64,000 bases of DNA from Nitrososphaeraceae archaeon (GTDB taxonomy: Archaea > Thermoproteota > Nitrososphaeria > Nitrososphaerales > Nitrososphaeraceae): the NCBI GenBank assembly GCA_035250975.1, contig DATFEP010000043.1:36889-100888 (forward strand). Direction: 5' to 3'. The notes below the pieces were generated by a model. The model did no database searches. It saw only the letters and a program-made list of their open reading frames with translations, and was not told where the DNA came from. The position numbers and the translations under genes were made by a program. Shown piece by piece: positions 1-11,140 of this stretch; position 1 is the stretch's first letter; every line of letters begins with the position of its first letter.

Positions 1-126
1 TAATTTTTGAGCGATAGCGATATCTTCAATCGAACAAAAAAGAGGCGTGATCTTCTTACCTTTATCGGTAATTTTTATTCTTAGTAATTCGGAAGGGAGC
101 ATATAAAAACAAACAATTGATAAAAA

Positions 127-1104
127 TCAGAGACGACTAAATCCGCCGATCCAACCCAATGTTCTGAAATACAGAAACATTGTTATAGTTAGAGCTACCG
201 AAATTATCAGCAAAATAATTAGCGTAGTGTAAGATCCTAGAAATTTCAAGTCTGAACCTGGAAGAGAAATATTCATTCCATATATTGTACTTATTATGGT
301 AATTGGAATAGAGAGTGTAAACATGACAGTGAGAATTGCAATTATCTTGTTAGTTTTTTCTGTACTCAACATGAAATCCGTATCTTTGTAAATTTCTATG
401 GTTTCCTTCGATTCTTCTAAGGAATCAAGAACTTTATCGATATGATCTTTTATATCATCAAAATATGGAGTTAAATCTTCTTCAGAAAACTTTTGAATGT
501 CTCGTGTCAAGCTTACAATAATTCTCTTTAATGGTATCAGAACTCTTCGCATGGTTGTAATTTCTCTTCTTAATAGGGAAATTTCTCTCGCAATTGCAGC
601 CTTTTCGTCATATACTGCATCTTCAATGTCATCAAGATTTCCTATTACTTTCATCAGAATATGGAACAGGTCATCTACCAAGGCATCGATTATTGTATGT
701 AACAAATAACCAGATGATCTTCCCATCATTATCTGTCGATATTCTTTATTTTGTTCTTTTTTACATAAATCAAACATTTCAGCCAATGGTTTAAGATCCC
801 CTTGATGTACAGTTATAAGATAATTTGAACCAATGAAAATGGATAATTGACTTATTCGAGGAATTTTACTACCATTACTACTTCCAGCAGGAAAATGCAA
901 AGTTACAAAAACATGATCCTCATATTTATCAATTTTTGGTATCTGAATTTTTGAAAGACAGTCTTCTATATTCAATTCATGAAAAGAGTACTTTCTACCA
1001 AGATTAAACATCTTTTCCCTTGTTGGATTTCTAACATCTATCCATAATAAACCATCGTTCAGGATAGATGTAAATTTATCATCGTAGGATTCATGTGATT
1101 TCAT
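127..1104 (-). CDS. corA: CorA-family Mg2+/Co2+ transporter
   Basis: YGMN signature between two C-terminal TM helices; N-terminal WIDV..PT and PKID motifs. Confidence 0.93.
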   Translation of the reverse strand: MKSHESYDDKFTSILNDGLLWIDVRNPTREKMFNLGRKYSFHELNIEDCLSKIQIPKIDKYEDHVFVTLHFPAGSSNGSKIPRISQLSIFIGSNYLITVHQGDLKPLAEMFDLCKKEQNKEYRQIMMGRSSGYLLHTIIDALVDDLFHILMKVIGNLDDIEDAVYDEKAAIAREISLLRREITTMRRVLIPLKRIIVSLTRDIQKFSEEDLTPYFDDIKDHIDKVLDSLEESKETIEIYKDTDFMLSTEKTNKIIAILTVMFTLSIPITIISTIYGMNISLPGSDLKFLGSYTTLIILLIISVALTITMFLYFRTLGWIGGFSRL

Positions 1105-1616
1105 ACATCAAGATTACCTTATTACCATTTAATCATACAAAAATATAAGTTGTTTCAAAGTATATTATCAAAAAAGATTTTATATTTAGATTAATGAAAT
1201 TTTTCATGATTTCATGGCTAAAATTAGAAATGAAAGAAAATTATATAATAAATATGTAAATAATATCAAAACAAAGAAGCATTCTTGATAATCAATATAT
1301 CAATTGAATGATTTTAACAAATATTATTTCAGAAGGAGGATGGTTGATTTTATTTTGTAATTGTGTTTGTATATGTCTTTGAAAGTCGTCTCAAAGAATA
1401 ACAATATATCTTTTATTAGTTATCATATCTATATCTGTGTAAAACAGCATTTTATTCAAGGAAGACCAGTGCTATTAAATTTCCATCTTTAGTCAGTCGC
1501 CAGAATCTTATAATACTATTAATGTACATTTCTATTTATGATCATTTTATCTATATTCATAGAACGTAAGTGAATTATTATAAACATATCTAGATATAAA
1601 ACAATTTTATCTACTT

Positions 1617-3971
1617 TCATCTACTATGAAAAATTTTTTCCAACCAGAATTTTGCACTATGAACTACAGGAATTGTAAAATCTCTAGTAACGATCACGGG
1701 ACAATTTAATTGATCAAGTAAAACCAAGAGATGAGAATTATTAAAGAAATTAAATTTTCCGATTACAGAACTGGTAATAATAAGATCTGGTTGAGAGGCA
1801 TTTATTGCTGATAAAATTAGATCAGATAATTTTTCTGCATTACTTTCGACTTCTTCGGATAAATAGATCTCGTTTGATTCAAATTTAACATCGTTTAGAT
1901 ACTCCAATTTTTTGGGCTTTATAAAATGATGATCTTCTTCAATATCTGAGTTGATTTTTTTATTTCGTAATGATAAAATATTAATATTAAAAGATTTAGA
2001 TATTTCTAACCATCTGATTGTTTTGAAAATAACATCTGAATCGTGTCTATGATCATCTATTACTACTAGATTATATTTTTTTTGGATTTTTGAATCTCTG
2101 TCAATATTCTGAGTGTCTAATAGAAAATAATCATTACCAGTAGTTTGAATAGCCAATACATCACATGTCACCAGAGCTTGAAGTTTTTTACTACTTCGTA
2201 GAGTTTCATAATCAATTATCATAAGATCAATTTTTTGTTCTTGTATTGTAGCTAATATTGATTCATTTGTATCATGTGAAATTCGTACTAAATAATGATT
2301 CATTATATTTTCTTCTTCAATTATTTTTTCTAGTGGTTCAAAAGATTTTTTTGCTCTTTCAGAGAAGGCTACACCTGCAGAAAGAGGTGTCTGGTGTGGA
2401 ACAGTTATGGTCCTTAATACATTTATTTCTCCATTATTGGCTTTGGCTATATTGATAGCATAACGTATTAATCGATCTGGGTTTTCTGGTGTATATGGAA
2501 TTAGAATTCTAAAATCAGTTCTAGTTAGATCTCCTTCACTAGTAATTATGGGTGCATAATGATCTATTTCTTTTCTAAAAGTATATAAACGATAGACACC
2601 AAATCCTATCGCCACCCAAATTAATGTTATTATCCAGCTCATAGGAGCAGTAATTAATAAATAAATTGCTAAACCAATGTCAAGACTTATTCCAATTATA
2701 GATAAAAATGGAAAAAAAGGCATCTTAAAGCCATAATTTAATTTTTCTCCATAAATTCTACGTATATTGATTACGGCCATATTAACCTGTACAAATAATA
2801 GGAGAAAAATTACACCAGCAGCAATTGCAATTTGATCCAAAGGAAAAGCATATGCCATAATGGCCATAATTATACCTGAAAGTAAAATTGCTATGAAGGG
2901 TGTTTTATTTTTTTTATGTATAGAACTAAATTTATGTGGTAAATTATAATGACGTCCCATTGCAAAGGCTACCCTAGCAGAGGAAAAAGTTGTCGCATTT
3001 AAAGCTGCTAATGTAGATATCATTCCACCTGCCAGAATAATAAATGCTCCGTATGGTATTATAAGTTCGGCAGCTTTCATTATACCTAGTTCTCCGTAAT
3101 CACCTATGAATTTCCATGATGATATCTCTTCTGGAAATATAGATCCTATTGATACAAAAGCAATAAGACAGTATAGGACTACTACAGCGGTTAATGAGAT
3201 AAATATTGCCCTTGGAATATTTTTCTTTGGATTTTTTACTTCTTCTCCAGTTTGAACTATGACTTCATACCCCTCAAATGCAATAAATGTCAATCCCATA
3301 GCGGCAATGATACCAGTAATCCCTAGTGGCACAAAGTCAACGAAATTAATTGTCCAATCAGGATTGTTAAACATAATCCAGATACCCAATCCTATAAATA
3401 CAAATATTAAACAAAGTTGAATTATTGTGACTATAACACCGACTTTGCCGGTTTCAGACGTTCCCTTAATATTAAGATATGTAAAAGCTACAATAGATAA
3501 TACTGCTATTAATTTATCTACTGGAAGAAATCCAAATAAAGAATAAATCTCGTAATTAGACGATTTTAATAAACCTGTAACAAATGAAGCAAAGCTTACA
3601 GCATATAGGCTTCCTGCAACTATATGCGCAAACCAAGCCATCCATCCACTTATAAAGGCATTGGGTCTAGGAAGTCCTTCTCTAACCCAGAGATATCCTC
3701 CTCCAGCTTCTGGCATAGCTGAACCCAATTCTGCATAAGCCATAGCCGTGAATAATGTTATTATCGCATTAGCAATGAAAGCAATTATCACTGCACTACC
3801 TGCTAATCCAATAGCAGGTCCTGTTAGAACGAAAATAGATCCGCCTATCATTGCAGCTATTCCAACCATTATAACATCAAGAAGACTCAAAGAACGGATT
3901 AGATGGGGTTCTGATGGGAACTGTTCCGATCGTGATTCACGATCACGAGAATCTGACAATGTAAGTAACAA
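1617..3971 (-). CDS. APC-family amino acid permease with C-terminal USP-like domain(s)
   Basis: GAMIGGSIF-like TM1, YAELGSAMPEAGGGY, FIAFEGYE; soluble USP-like tail (ILIPY..., IDLMII). Confidence 0.88.
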   Translation of the reverse strand: MLLTLSDSRDRESRSEQFPSEPHLIRSLSLLDVIMVGIAAMIGGSIFVLTGPAIGLAGSAVIIAFIANAIITLFTAMAYAELGSAMPEAGGGYLWVREGLPRPNAFISGWMAWFAHIVAGSLYAVSFASFVTGLLKSSNYEIYSLFGFLPVDKLIAVLSIVAFTYLNIKGTSETGKVGVIVTIIQLCLIFVFIGLGIWIMFNNPDWTINFVDFVPLGITGIIAAMGLTFIAFEGYEVIVQTGEEVKNPKKNIPRAIFISLTAVVVLYCLIAFVSIGSIFPEEISSWKFIGDYGELGIMKAAELIIPYGAFIILAGGMISTLAALNATTFSSARVAFAMGRHYNLPHKFSSIHKKNKTPFIAILLSGIIMAIMAYAFPLDQIAIAAGVIFLLLFVQVNMAVINIRRIYGEKLNYGFKMPFFPFLSIIGISLDIGLAIYLLITAPMSWIITLIWVAIGFGVYRLYTFRKEIDHYAPIITSEGDLTRTDFRILIPYTPENPDRLIRYAINIAKANNGEINVLRTITVPHQTPLSAGVAFSERAKKSFEPLEKIIEEENIMNHYLVRISHDTNESILATIQEQKIDLMIIDYETLRSSKKLQALVTCDVLAIQTTGNDYFLLDTQNIDRDSKIQKKYNLVVIDDHRHDSDVIFKTIRWLEISKSFNINILSLRNKKINSDIEEDHHFIKPKKLEYLNDVKFESNEIYLSEEVESNAEKLSDLILSAINASQPDLIITSSVIGKFNFFNNSHLLVLLDQLNCPVIVTRDFTIPVVHSAKFWLEKIFHSR

Positions 3972-4094
3972 CGCTATAAAAAAATGAATTAATTAAATGT
4001 TTACATATATTAGAGTTATAGGAAAAATACTATCATAAATTAAATAACTTTTATTAAGTATTTGATACAATTAAAGTATGATGAATAACCCTTT

Positions 4095-4769
4095 ATGAGG
4101 GAAATGAATAATCAGATTGTTGTTGCAACTCTTGACGGAAGATCATATTATAAAATAATTAAGTTTTTAAAATCATTTCGATTAAGTTATAAAGAGTTAT
4201 CACCACTTGAAGCCATTAATTCCAATACAAAAATAATAATTACTTCACAAAAAGAATCAACCATATTTAAAAAAAAGAACATAATTATAGATTCAGAATT
4301 AAGTGAAAATCCCCTCATTATAAAAGCCAAAATTTTAAGAGATCTAATGAAACCTTATATGTACGACCAGTTGATTATAGGGATAGATCCTGGTAAGAGA
4401 ATAGGTATTTCAATTTTCTATTTATATGACGAAATTGAAAGTATTGTATTAACTTGTATTGAATGTGTATTGGATTTAATCTCCAAAATTTTGGCAGGTA
4501 TTACTGCAAGGAGAAAAATTGTAAGAATAGGAGATGGTAACATATCAATGGCAAATAACATTGCCATTCATATAAAAACCAAATTTAATTTCGTTGATGT
4601 GGAAATAGTTGACGAACATGGAACATCGTCTCACATGAATGCTGAGAGAAATAGAAGAATAATCAAAGATAAATCATCAGCAAGATTAATAGCGTTCCGT
4701 AATGGTAAAATTTTTGATCCTAAATTAAAAAGTTTAAAAAAAGAACATAATAAGCTAGTTAAAGACTAA
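4095..4769 (+). CDS. Conserved archaeal protein with RNase H-like (YqgF-like) domain
   Basis: IIGIDPGKRIG, RIGDG, VDEHGTS motifs. Confidence 0.65.
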   Translation: MREMNNQIVVATLDGRSYYKIIKFLKSFRLSYKELSPLEAINSNTKIIITSQKESTIFKKKNIIIDSELSENPLIIKAKILRDLMKPYMYDQLIIGIDPGKRIGISIFYLYDEIESIVLTCIECVLDLISKILAGITARRKIVRIGDGNISMANNIAIHIKTKFNFVDVEIVDEHGTSSHMNAERNRRIIKDKSSARLIAFRNGKIFDPKLKSLKKEHNKLVKD

Positions 4770-5067
4770 AAAGTAAAACAAAATTTAATATCGAAAATTC
4801 AAAAATCATATACTTAAAAATGGTTGTAGCTTTAGAAATCAATAAAAGTTAGTAAAAAGAAACTTATTTAGATGTGTTAAAAATTAAATAACATTTAAAA
4901 AGTGGTTATCGATAAGAAAAAGATTAATGATAAAACAGATGTTTTATGATTATCGTATCTGCAAAAAGTTTATTATGTTTACATATATCAAATACTCTGA
5001 AAATCAAATTAATTATTTTTTGAAGTAAAATTTCATTACCACAAGGAGATAATAAGGGCAGATCTAA

Positions 5068-5433
5068 ATGAAAAATATAGAAAAATTATTTTCAAACACA
5101 ATTTTGTTAGACGAAAAAAGAAAGATGCATATAAAGATGCTTTTTTTTGATAATGGATGTTTTATTATATTATCAGAAAATTCTCACAGAATAGGTTCTA
5201 TGACAATTGCATCAAGTTTAGCAAATAACGTGACGAAATCACAAATCATTCCTAGTAAGTTTGACTCGTTGTTTATAGATTCAACGGCTCAAAGAATATC
5301 ATTGATGTTAAATGGAATATGTCTAGTATCATTACATAGCAAGAATCCATTAAATATTGAGGATATGAAAATAATTACGGGAGAGATATTAAATATAGTA
5401 AGTGAAAGAACAAAAGAAGATGCAGGTGAATAA
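5068..5433 (+). CDS. Hypothetical protein, possibly proteasome assembly chaperone 4-like
   Basis: 121-aa ORF overlapping the UbiD gene; FxNGCF...RIGS pattern. Confidence 0.45.
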   Translation: MKNIEKLFSNTILLDEKRKMHIKMLFFDNGCFIILSENSHRIGSMTIASSLANNVTKSQIIPSKFDSLFIDSTAQRISLMLNGICLVSLHSKNPLNIEDMKIITGEILNIVSERTKEDAGE

Positions 5434-6808
5434 TGGTAAAAAAAATAAAAAAGATATAGATCTTAACAGTTTTATCAAAATACTTGAAAAAGAAAAGGAG
5501 ATTATACGAATAAGAAAAAAAGTCAATACGAGATTTGAATTAGCTGCATTAGTTTCAAAGGTTGATGGCGGAAAGGCAATAATCTTTGAAAATGTAGAAG
5601 AGAAAAAAATTCCTGTAATTAGTAATCTGCTTGGAACAAGAAAGAGATTTGCTTTAGCTCTAGGTGTAAATAATGAAAAAGAGATTCATAATATCATTAA
5701 TAAATCTATAAATAAAATAAACAATAAAACAAAAATAACGAGTGATGTTCCTCATTGTCAAAACTCTAATACAAACCTATCAATTCTTCCAATAATTACT
5801 CATTTTGAAAAAGATGCTGGACCATATATCACCTCATCGATAGTTTATGCAAAGGATCAGGAAAATGGAAATCAGAATTCATCAACACACAGATTACTGA
5901 AATTAGATAATAAACATTTGGTAGTAAGAATGGTAGAAGGTAGACATTTACATAAATGTTTTATAAATGCAAAGGAACATGGAGAAGATTTGAAAGTAGC
6001 AATTGTAATAGGAGTTCATCCGGTGGTAAATATCGCTGCAGCTTATCAAGCATCTTATGGAATAGATGAAATGTTCATAGCAAATGCTTTGCTAAATGGT
6101 AATCTACACTTAGCTATGAACAATTACTCTCACCTTTTGATTCCCGCTTCGTCAGAAATAGTTTTAGAAGGTAGAATATTGAAAGATAAAACTCATGAAG
6201 AATGGATGGTAGAAATGTTGAAAACATATGACTTTAAAAGACAACAACCAGTCTTTGAATTAGAGAAAATCCGGTTTCGAGATAATGCTATCTTTCACGA
6301 TATTCTTCCAGGATTTTTGGAGCATCGTTTATTGATGGGTTTACCTGTAGAATCAAAGATATTTGATCAAGTTAGAAATATAATTCCTAATACTTTACGG
6401 ATCTGTTTAACTGATGGCGGTTGTAATTGGTTAACAGCAGTCATACAAATTAGGAAAAGATTAGAAGGAGAACCAAAAAATGCTTTGATTACAGCTTTTT
6501 CATCCCACCCATCACTAAAAATTGCAATTGTAGTTGATCATGATATTAATCCATCTAATCCAACAGAGGTGGAATATGCAATATCGACCAGATTTCAAGC
6601 TGATAAAGGGTTATTAATTATACAGAATGCGAAAGGCTCTAGTCTCGATCCATCAAGTGATCAACAAAATTTACTAACAACTAAGATTGGGATTGATGCT
6701 ACTGCTAGTTTATTGAAGCCAAATGAAGGATTTGAAATTGCACATATTCCAGGAGAAAAGAACATAAAATTATCTGATTATCTTAGAGAACAAGTTTACA
6801 GAAAATAA
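5402..6808 (+). CDS. UbiD-family prFMN-dependent decarboxylase (probably anhydromevalonate phosphate decarboxylase of the archaeal mevalonate pathway)
   Basis: LPIITHFEKDAGPYITS, EIVLEG, VVDHDIN, GSSLDPS, KIGIDAT motifs; substrate is inferred. Confidence 0.85.
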   Translation: MKEQKKMQVNNGKKNKKDIDLNSFIKILEKEKEIIRIRKKVNTRFELAALVSKVDGGKAIIFENVEEKKIPVISNLLGTRKRFALALGVNNEKEIHNIINKSINKINNKTKITSDVPHCQNSNTNLSILPIITHFEKDAGPYITSSIVYAKDQENGNQNSSTHRLLKLDNKHLVVRMVEGRHLHKCFINAKEHGEDLKVAIVIGVHPVVNIAAAYQASYGIDEMFIANALLNGNLHLAMNNYSHLLIPASSEIVLEGRILKDKTHEEWMVEMLKTYDFKRQQPVFELEKIRFRDNAIFHDILPGFLEHRLLMGLPVESKIFDQVRNIIPNTLRICLTDGGCNWLTAVIQIRKRLEGEPKNALITAFSSHPSLKIAIVVDHDINPSNPTEVEYAISTRFQADKGLLIIQNAKGSSLDPSSDQQNLLTTKIGIDATASLLKPNEGFEIAHIPGEKNIKLSDYLREQVYRK

Positions 6809-6935
6809 AACAAGTAATTGATTATGTTCGTTCAACATGTTCAAAGAAATAATCATTTTATTATAATTATAATGATTTAATTCTATTTTTTGTATATTAA
6901 TTTAAATATCCTAATTCAACAAAAAAGGAGTGTGA

Positions 6936-7262
6936 ATGTCTGTGAAGCCTAATAGTTTTGCTATGAAAGATTGGCATTTAGAACATGTTGAAAAGGTAAT
7001 TGTTCGCTATGTTAGGGGATTATCACCTAATGCAACTTCATTTGAAAAACGTAATTTTAAAAAATATAGTACAATGTCTAATTGTGCAAAACAAATAGAA
7101 TACGATAAAAAACATGGTGTTACTAAAGAAGAAGTGATGGCTGTAATGCAAAAAATTAGAACGGATGAATCATTCTCTGAACTACTTAAAAATCCAGATT
7201 CTGTTCAAAGATTAGATGAATTAGAAAAACAATTAGCTACTCCGAAAAGAGTTAGTTGGTAA
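6936..7262 (+). CDS. Hypothetical protein
   Basis: 108-aa ORF preceded by SD-like AGGAGTG. Confidence 0.75.
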   Translation: MSVKPNSFAMKDWHLEHVEKVIVRYVRGLSPNATSFEKRNFKKYSTMSNCAKQIEYDKKHGVTKEEVMAVMQKIRTDESFSELLKNPDSVQRLDELEKQLATPKRVSW

Positions 7263-7367
7263 TTAATTTTAAAATTAAATTTAAATTTTAGATTTTCAGC
7301 ATTTTCAAATATCTTAAAACAGACATTATGAAAAGATATTTAAATTGTATAAGAATTTATAATAGAA

Positions 7368-8090
7368 ATGAATGGTGATATTAAAATTCTTAGTGTAATA
7401 ACTGCTAGTAGCATTATCATTATGACATTATTAACTTTAAATCCAAATCAAGTAGATGATAATGATGGTCATTCAATTGGATTTATGGATGTATTTGCAC
7501 AAGATGATAAATTACCAGTTGTTAAGAATTCCCAAATACTCCCATTTTCTGGGCAAAATTATGCAGATGTTAAAAATAGCGAGACTATAAATCTCAATAG
7601 TTTTACGGTATCAACTTGGTTTAATACTAATTTGAATGCAACTGGAAAAGAAACATTCTTGATAAATAAAGGTGGAACTGGAAGTGATAAGAGTGGATCG
7701 AATCTCAATTATGGAATTTTCCTAACAAACAGAGAAAAAGTGAGAGGAGGATTTGAAACCCCGTTAGGCGATGATTATCTTGTTACTTCTCAATCTTCAT
7801 ATAATGACGGACAATGGCATAGTACAATTCTTACTTTTGATGAAAAATCTCATATATTGAAATTATATATGGATGGAATAGAAGTTGCCAGCAATTCTAC
7901 AAAGATTGGTGTGAAACCAGATTCTACCGGAAAGCAACCTATAAGACTGGGAGCAAATTCTCTGGCTGAAAAAGGAAAGATAACGGGAAATTATACTGGT
8001 CAGTTGGATGATATTCAGGTTTGGAATTTTGCTTTTACAAACGATGAAGTGTTAGATTTGTTCAAAAAAGAATCACAAATCCAAAGATAA
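7368..8090 (+). CDS. Secreted LamG/concanavalin A-like domain protein
   Basis: N-terminal signal; FTVSTWF, NDGQWH, LYMDG, GQLDDIQVWN motifs. Confidence 0.88.
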   Translation: MNGDIKILSVITASSIIIMTLLTLNPNQVDDNDGHSIGFMDVFAQDDKLPVVKNSQILPFSGQNYADVKNSETINLNSFTVSTWFNTNLNATGKETFLINKGGTGSDKSGSNLNYGIFLTNREKVRGGFETPLGDDYLVTSQSSYNDGQWHSTILTFDEKSHILKLYMDGIEVASNSTKIGVKPDSTGKQPIRLGANSLAEKGKITGNYTGQLDDIQVWNFAFTNDEVLDLFKKESQIQR

Positions 8091-8180
8091 TGAATTAGTA
8101 ATGGAAGTTATTTTCACTGACTAAAATATTTTTTATGTATTTTAAGAATTAAAAGTGTTGTACAATACAAAAATTCAAAG

Positions 8181-8921
8181 TCATTTATCCTCAGGAAAAA
8201 TATAGTTTAATAACATATCAAGAGCTTTATTCTTTATTTTACTTTTAAAATATTCTGTTCCTTTTATGGGTTTCTCTAATAATTTGTCTTTTTCAACTTC
8301 TTCAACTGGTCTATGATCTAATGCACCCTCAAATTGCATTCTATATTGTTGAAAATTTGATTTAACAATCGAATCAAAAACATCTTTCATCCAGACAGAA
8401 CCTATAAAATAAACATAGGGCGGATTCACACGTTTCTTAAGAAACTCATCAAGACTATTAAGACACTGTGAAACTTTCTTAGACTCTGAATCTATCTTTA
8501 TTATCTTTTCATCTATTCCTCTATTTATTAATTCATTTTTAAGTAATCCTGAATAAAGAGAATCTGCAGTAAGTAGGATAATAGTTTTATGGGCGTCAGG
8601 TTTAGAGCGTACAATTACGTGATACATCCTTTCACAAAGATTAATTCTTTCCAGCACATGAGAGGGTAATTCCGATGATGAAGGATTTTGATGTATTGAA
8701 TATAAAATAATGAGATTCCCATCTGTAAAACGAGTTTCTGACAATGATTTAATTACATATTTTAAATAAGTCTTTTTATACATTCCCAATTGATACAAAA
8801 ATAACAATAAATCATTGAAACTTTTTTCAGTAATTATTAAATTATTTACGATCATAAAATAGGTGAGATGATGGATATATATACAGAAAATCGTCCTTGG
8901 GGTAAATTTGAAAAATTTCAT
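8181..8921 (-). CDS. Hypothetical protein (true start probably downstream, near 8783 or 8744)
   Basis: Long ORF; the called 5' end overlaps the divergent cupin gene. Confidence 0.6.
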   Translation of the reverse strand: MKFFKFTPRTIFCIYIHHLTYFMIVNNLIITEKSFNDLLLFLYQLGMYKKTYLKYVIKSLSETRFTDGNLIILYSIHQNPSSSELPSHVLERINLCERMYHVIVRSKPDAHKTIILLTADSLYSGLLKNELINRGIDEKIIKIDSESKKVSQCLNSLDEFLKKRVNPPYVYFIGSVWMKDVFDSIVKSNFQQYRMQFEGALDHRPVEEVEKDKLLEKPIKGTEYFKSKIKNKALDMLLNYIFPEDK

Positions 8922-9209
8922 GAAAACATTCCCAGTACTGTTAAATTAATTTATGTGAATGCCAATTCAAGACTTAGTTTACAATATCATCAACATAGAA
9001 GAGAATTTTGGAAAATCATCAAGGGAAGTGCCGTGATCGAAATTGATGGAAAAGAGCTGAAATTAAAAGAAAATGAGACCATAAATATTCCTCTAGGGGC
9101 AAGGCACAGAATAAAGGCATTAGAAGACTGTATAATATTAGAAATTTCATATGGAAATTTTGATGAAGATGACATTGTTAGAATAGAAGATGATTATAAT
9201 AGAGTATAA
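8868..9209 (+). CDS. Stand-alone mannose-6-phosphate isomerase type II C-terminal cupin
   Basis: RPWG, LSLQYHQHRREFW, EDDIVRIEDDYNR motifs. Confidence 0.9.
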   Translation: MMDIYTENRPWGKFEKFHENIPSTVKLIYVNANSRLSLQYHQHRREFWKIIKGSAVIEIDGKELKLKENETINIPLGARHRIKALEDCIILEISYGNFDEDDIVRIEDDYNRV

Positions 9210-9223
9210 TAAATAAAAAAAAA

Positions 9224-9640
9224 TTAACTAAACGGAAATTTTCCGCTCTTCTTAAAAACGCCTATGATTCTCTTCATGGTAGTCATTGTATCCAAACAAG
9301 ATGATGAATTTTGATTATAACTACAAGGTGAATAATTGAAATATTTATCATCCGTGTAATGGTCAAATTTGAATATACCTTTTATTATTTCCATTAATAA
9401 CGGAATTATCCCAGATCTAGCCCCCCATGCTCCTTTGGTGTTTACTATCCAGAACATTATTGTTGGATCATAATCAATAGGAAAAATAATTCTCTTTAAT
9501 GATTTTAATTCTTCAGAAGAATAATGTCCTTCTATTTGTATCCAACCTTTGGAGAGTTTATGCATTAAAATTGCGAATTTATAACATTGGAAACATCTAT
9601 CATCATATATAAGCAAAGGGCGAATTATCTTGGAGTACAT
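9224..9640 (-). CDS. DCC1/DUF393-like thiol-disulfide oxidoreductase
   Basis: N-terminal LIYDDRCFQC (DxxCxxC). Confidence 0.7.
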   Translation of the reverse strand: MYSKIIRPLLIYDDRCFQCYKFAILMHKLSKGWIQIEGHYSSEELKSLKRIIFPIDYDPTIMFWIVNTKGAWGARSGIIPLLMEIIKGIFKFDHYTDDKYFNYSPCSYNQNSSSCLDTMTTMKRIIGVFKKSGKFPFS

Positions 9641-9729
9641 ATTAATTATATAGAAACTTAGTTATTTAAAATTATATTGATAAAAGTATGGACAGAATAA
9701 ATATTCAGTTTTACTTAATAAAATAAGGT

Positions 9730-10017
9730 ATGGGAAAAAGGAAGGGAAAAATTGAACAAATTTTTAGCAAAGCAATCTATTCAGATAATCCAGAGTTATA
9801 TATAATTTTATATCGAGATTTCAACACGATTATTTCTGTTACTTTGCCAAGGTTTATGGAAATATCAGAAAATTTACAATTAATACCAATAACTAGAATA
9901 GTACAAATAAGAAAAGGGAATGAAATACTATATCAGAAATTCAATTATCTTAAAGAATTTTTGGGCTCGAAAGATGAACATAATTTCAATTCAATGAAAG
10001 CAAATGATAATTATTAA
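9730..10017 (+). CDS. DUF504/MJ1316-like protein
   Basis: YxIxYRD and IPxxRI..I.K..E.LY pattern. Confidence 0.65.
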   Translation: MGKRKGKIEQIFSKAIYSDNPELYIILYRDFNTIISVTLPRFMEISENLQLIPITRIVQIRKGNEILYQKFNYLKEFLGSKDEHNFNSMKANDNY

Positions 10018-10043
10018 ATTATGTTATACTTACAATTCTTTTA

Positions 10044-10610
10044 TTGATTGATAGAATTAATAAGAAAATCATATATTCAGTTATTGGAGTTATAGTCGTA
10101 ATAGGAATATCTATTTTCTTCTTGCAACAATTTGAATTCCCAAGTATTCCAAAGTTGGATTTTAAACCTGAATTTAATCAAGGAGCTCTTAGTGAGGCGA
10201 GGCAATTAGAAATCTCTTTAAATAATCTTTCTTTTGCGCGCGTTAATAACAATGACATCAATATTAAAACGGCATTCAATGTTTATAATCCAAATATGGG
10301 AACATTGCTTCTTGAAAATATAAATTATAATATTTTACTAGACAACATACGAATTTCTTCTGGAGATATTGGCAAGAAACCAGAAGGTTTCGTAGCTTCT
10401 CAGGAAAATATTTATCCAATCATAGGAAATAGTACTGTTATTCTGAAGGATGATAATACAATATCAAAAGATAATAGAATTGCTGAAGTATGGAATAAAA
10501 TTATGGATGAAAAGTCTAAATTTCAAATCCATGGTAATTTTGCATATAAACAAACCTCAAGTTTTCAAGCAACTGCTGGTGAAATCGAGTTTCAATTGAA
10601 TTACCCGTAG
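10044..10610 (+). CDS. Membrane-anchored LEA2/WHy-like protein
   Basis: N-terminal TM; FNVYNPN motif; beta-rich. Confidence 0.6.
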   Translation: MIDRINKKIIYSVIGVIVVIGISIFFLQQFEFPSIPKLDFKPEFNQGALSEARQLEISLNNLSFARVNNNDINIKTAFNVYNPNMGTLLLENINYNILLDNIRISSGDIGKKPEGFVASQENIYPIIGNSTVILKDDNTISKDNRIAEVWNKIMDEKSKFQIHGNFAYKQTSSFQATAGEIEFQLNYP

Positions 10611-10676
10611 ATGTTCTAGAAACTTTATTTTTGACGGTAAGGTTTAATATCCTTTAATATTTTTTTATAGTGACAA

Positions 10677-10794
10677 GCGGTCATCGTCTAGTTTGGTTAG
10701 GACACTGGCCTTCCATGCAACAAATCATGCGAAGCAAGCCCGCAACCCGGGACCTTATTAAAGTAAGGCGGGAATTCAAATCCCGGTGACCGCA
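10677..10794 (+). tRNA. tRNA-Gly(TCC) with two introns: 10716-10736 (37/38) and 10752-10774 (53/54)
   Basis: Acceptor GCGGTCA/TGACCGC+A, D arm, anticodon TCC at 10712-10714, T arm CCGGG-TTCAAAT-CCCGG after intron removal; both introns fold as bulge-helix-bulge. Confidence 0.92.
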
Positions 10795-10884
10795 TCCTAC
10801 ATAGGAATTCATATACTCGTCTTTGGTATTCTACAGCAGTTGTTGTAAACAACAAAGAGAAGGAGAGAAAGAGGTAGAGAAAAA

Positions 10885-11140
10885 ATGTCGTCAACATCAT
10901 CGTCATCTTGTTCAGTCAAACTTTCAACCATAGTGGATAACAAGATTGGTCTTGTACCCAACAAAGAAAACTCCTCTATAATATACGATTTCTATAAATA
11001 TATGCAAGAGAAAGGTTCATCTGATAACCATCAGGTAAACAACCTAAAAGTAGTTATTGATTTTGCTAATTTTTTAGGACCAGAGATTTACATTTTATGA
11101 ATTAAACAAGAGAGAACAAATAGTATCTTTTCTAGATTCT
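10885..11140 (+). pseudogene. N-terminal remnant of a thaumarchaeal-type tyrosine integrase (frameshifted, truncated)
   Basis: NSSIIYDFYKYMQEKGSSDNHQVNNLK...FANFLG, then after a frameshift FYELNKREQIVSFLD; ~90 bp downstream of the tRNA. Confidence 0.65.

Noticed and set aside
10697-10906. 69-aa minus-strand ORF
   Set aside because: Antisense to the tRNA; spurious
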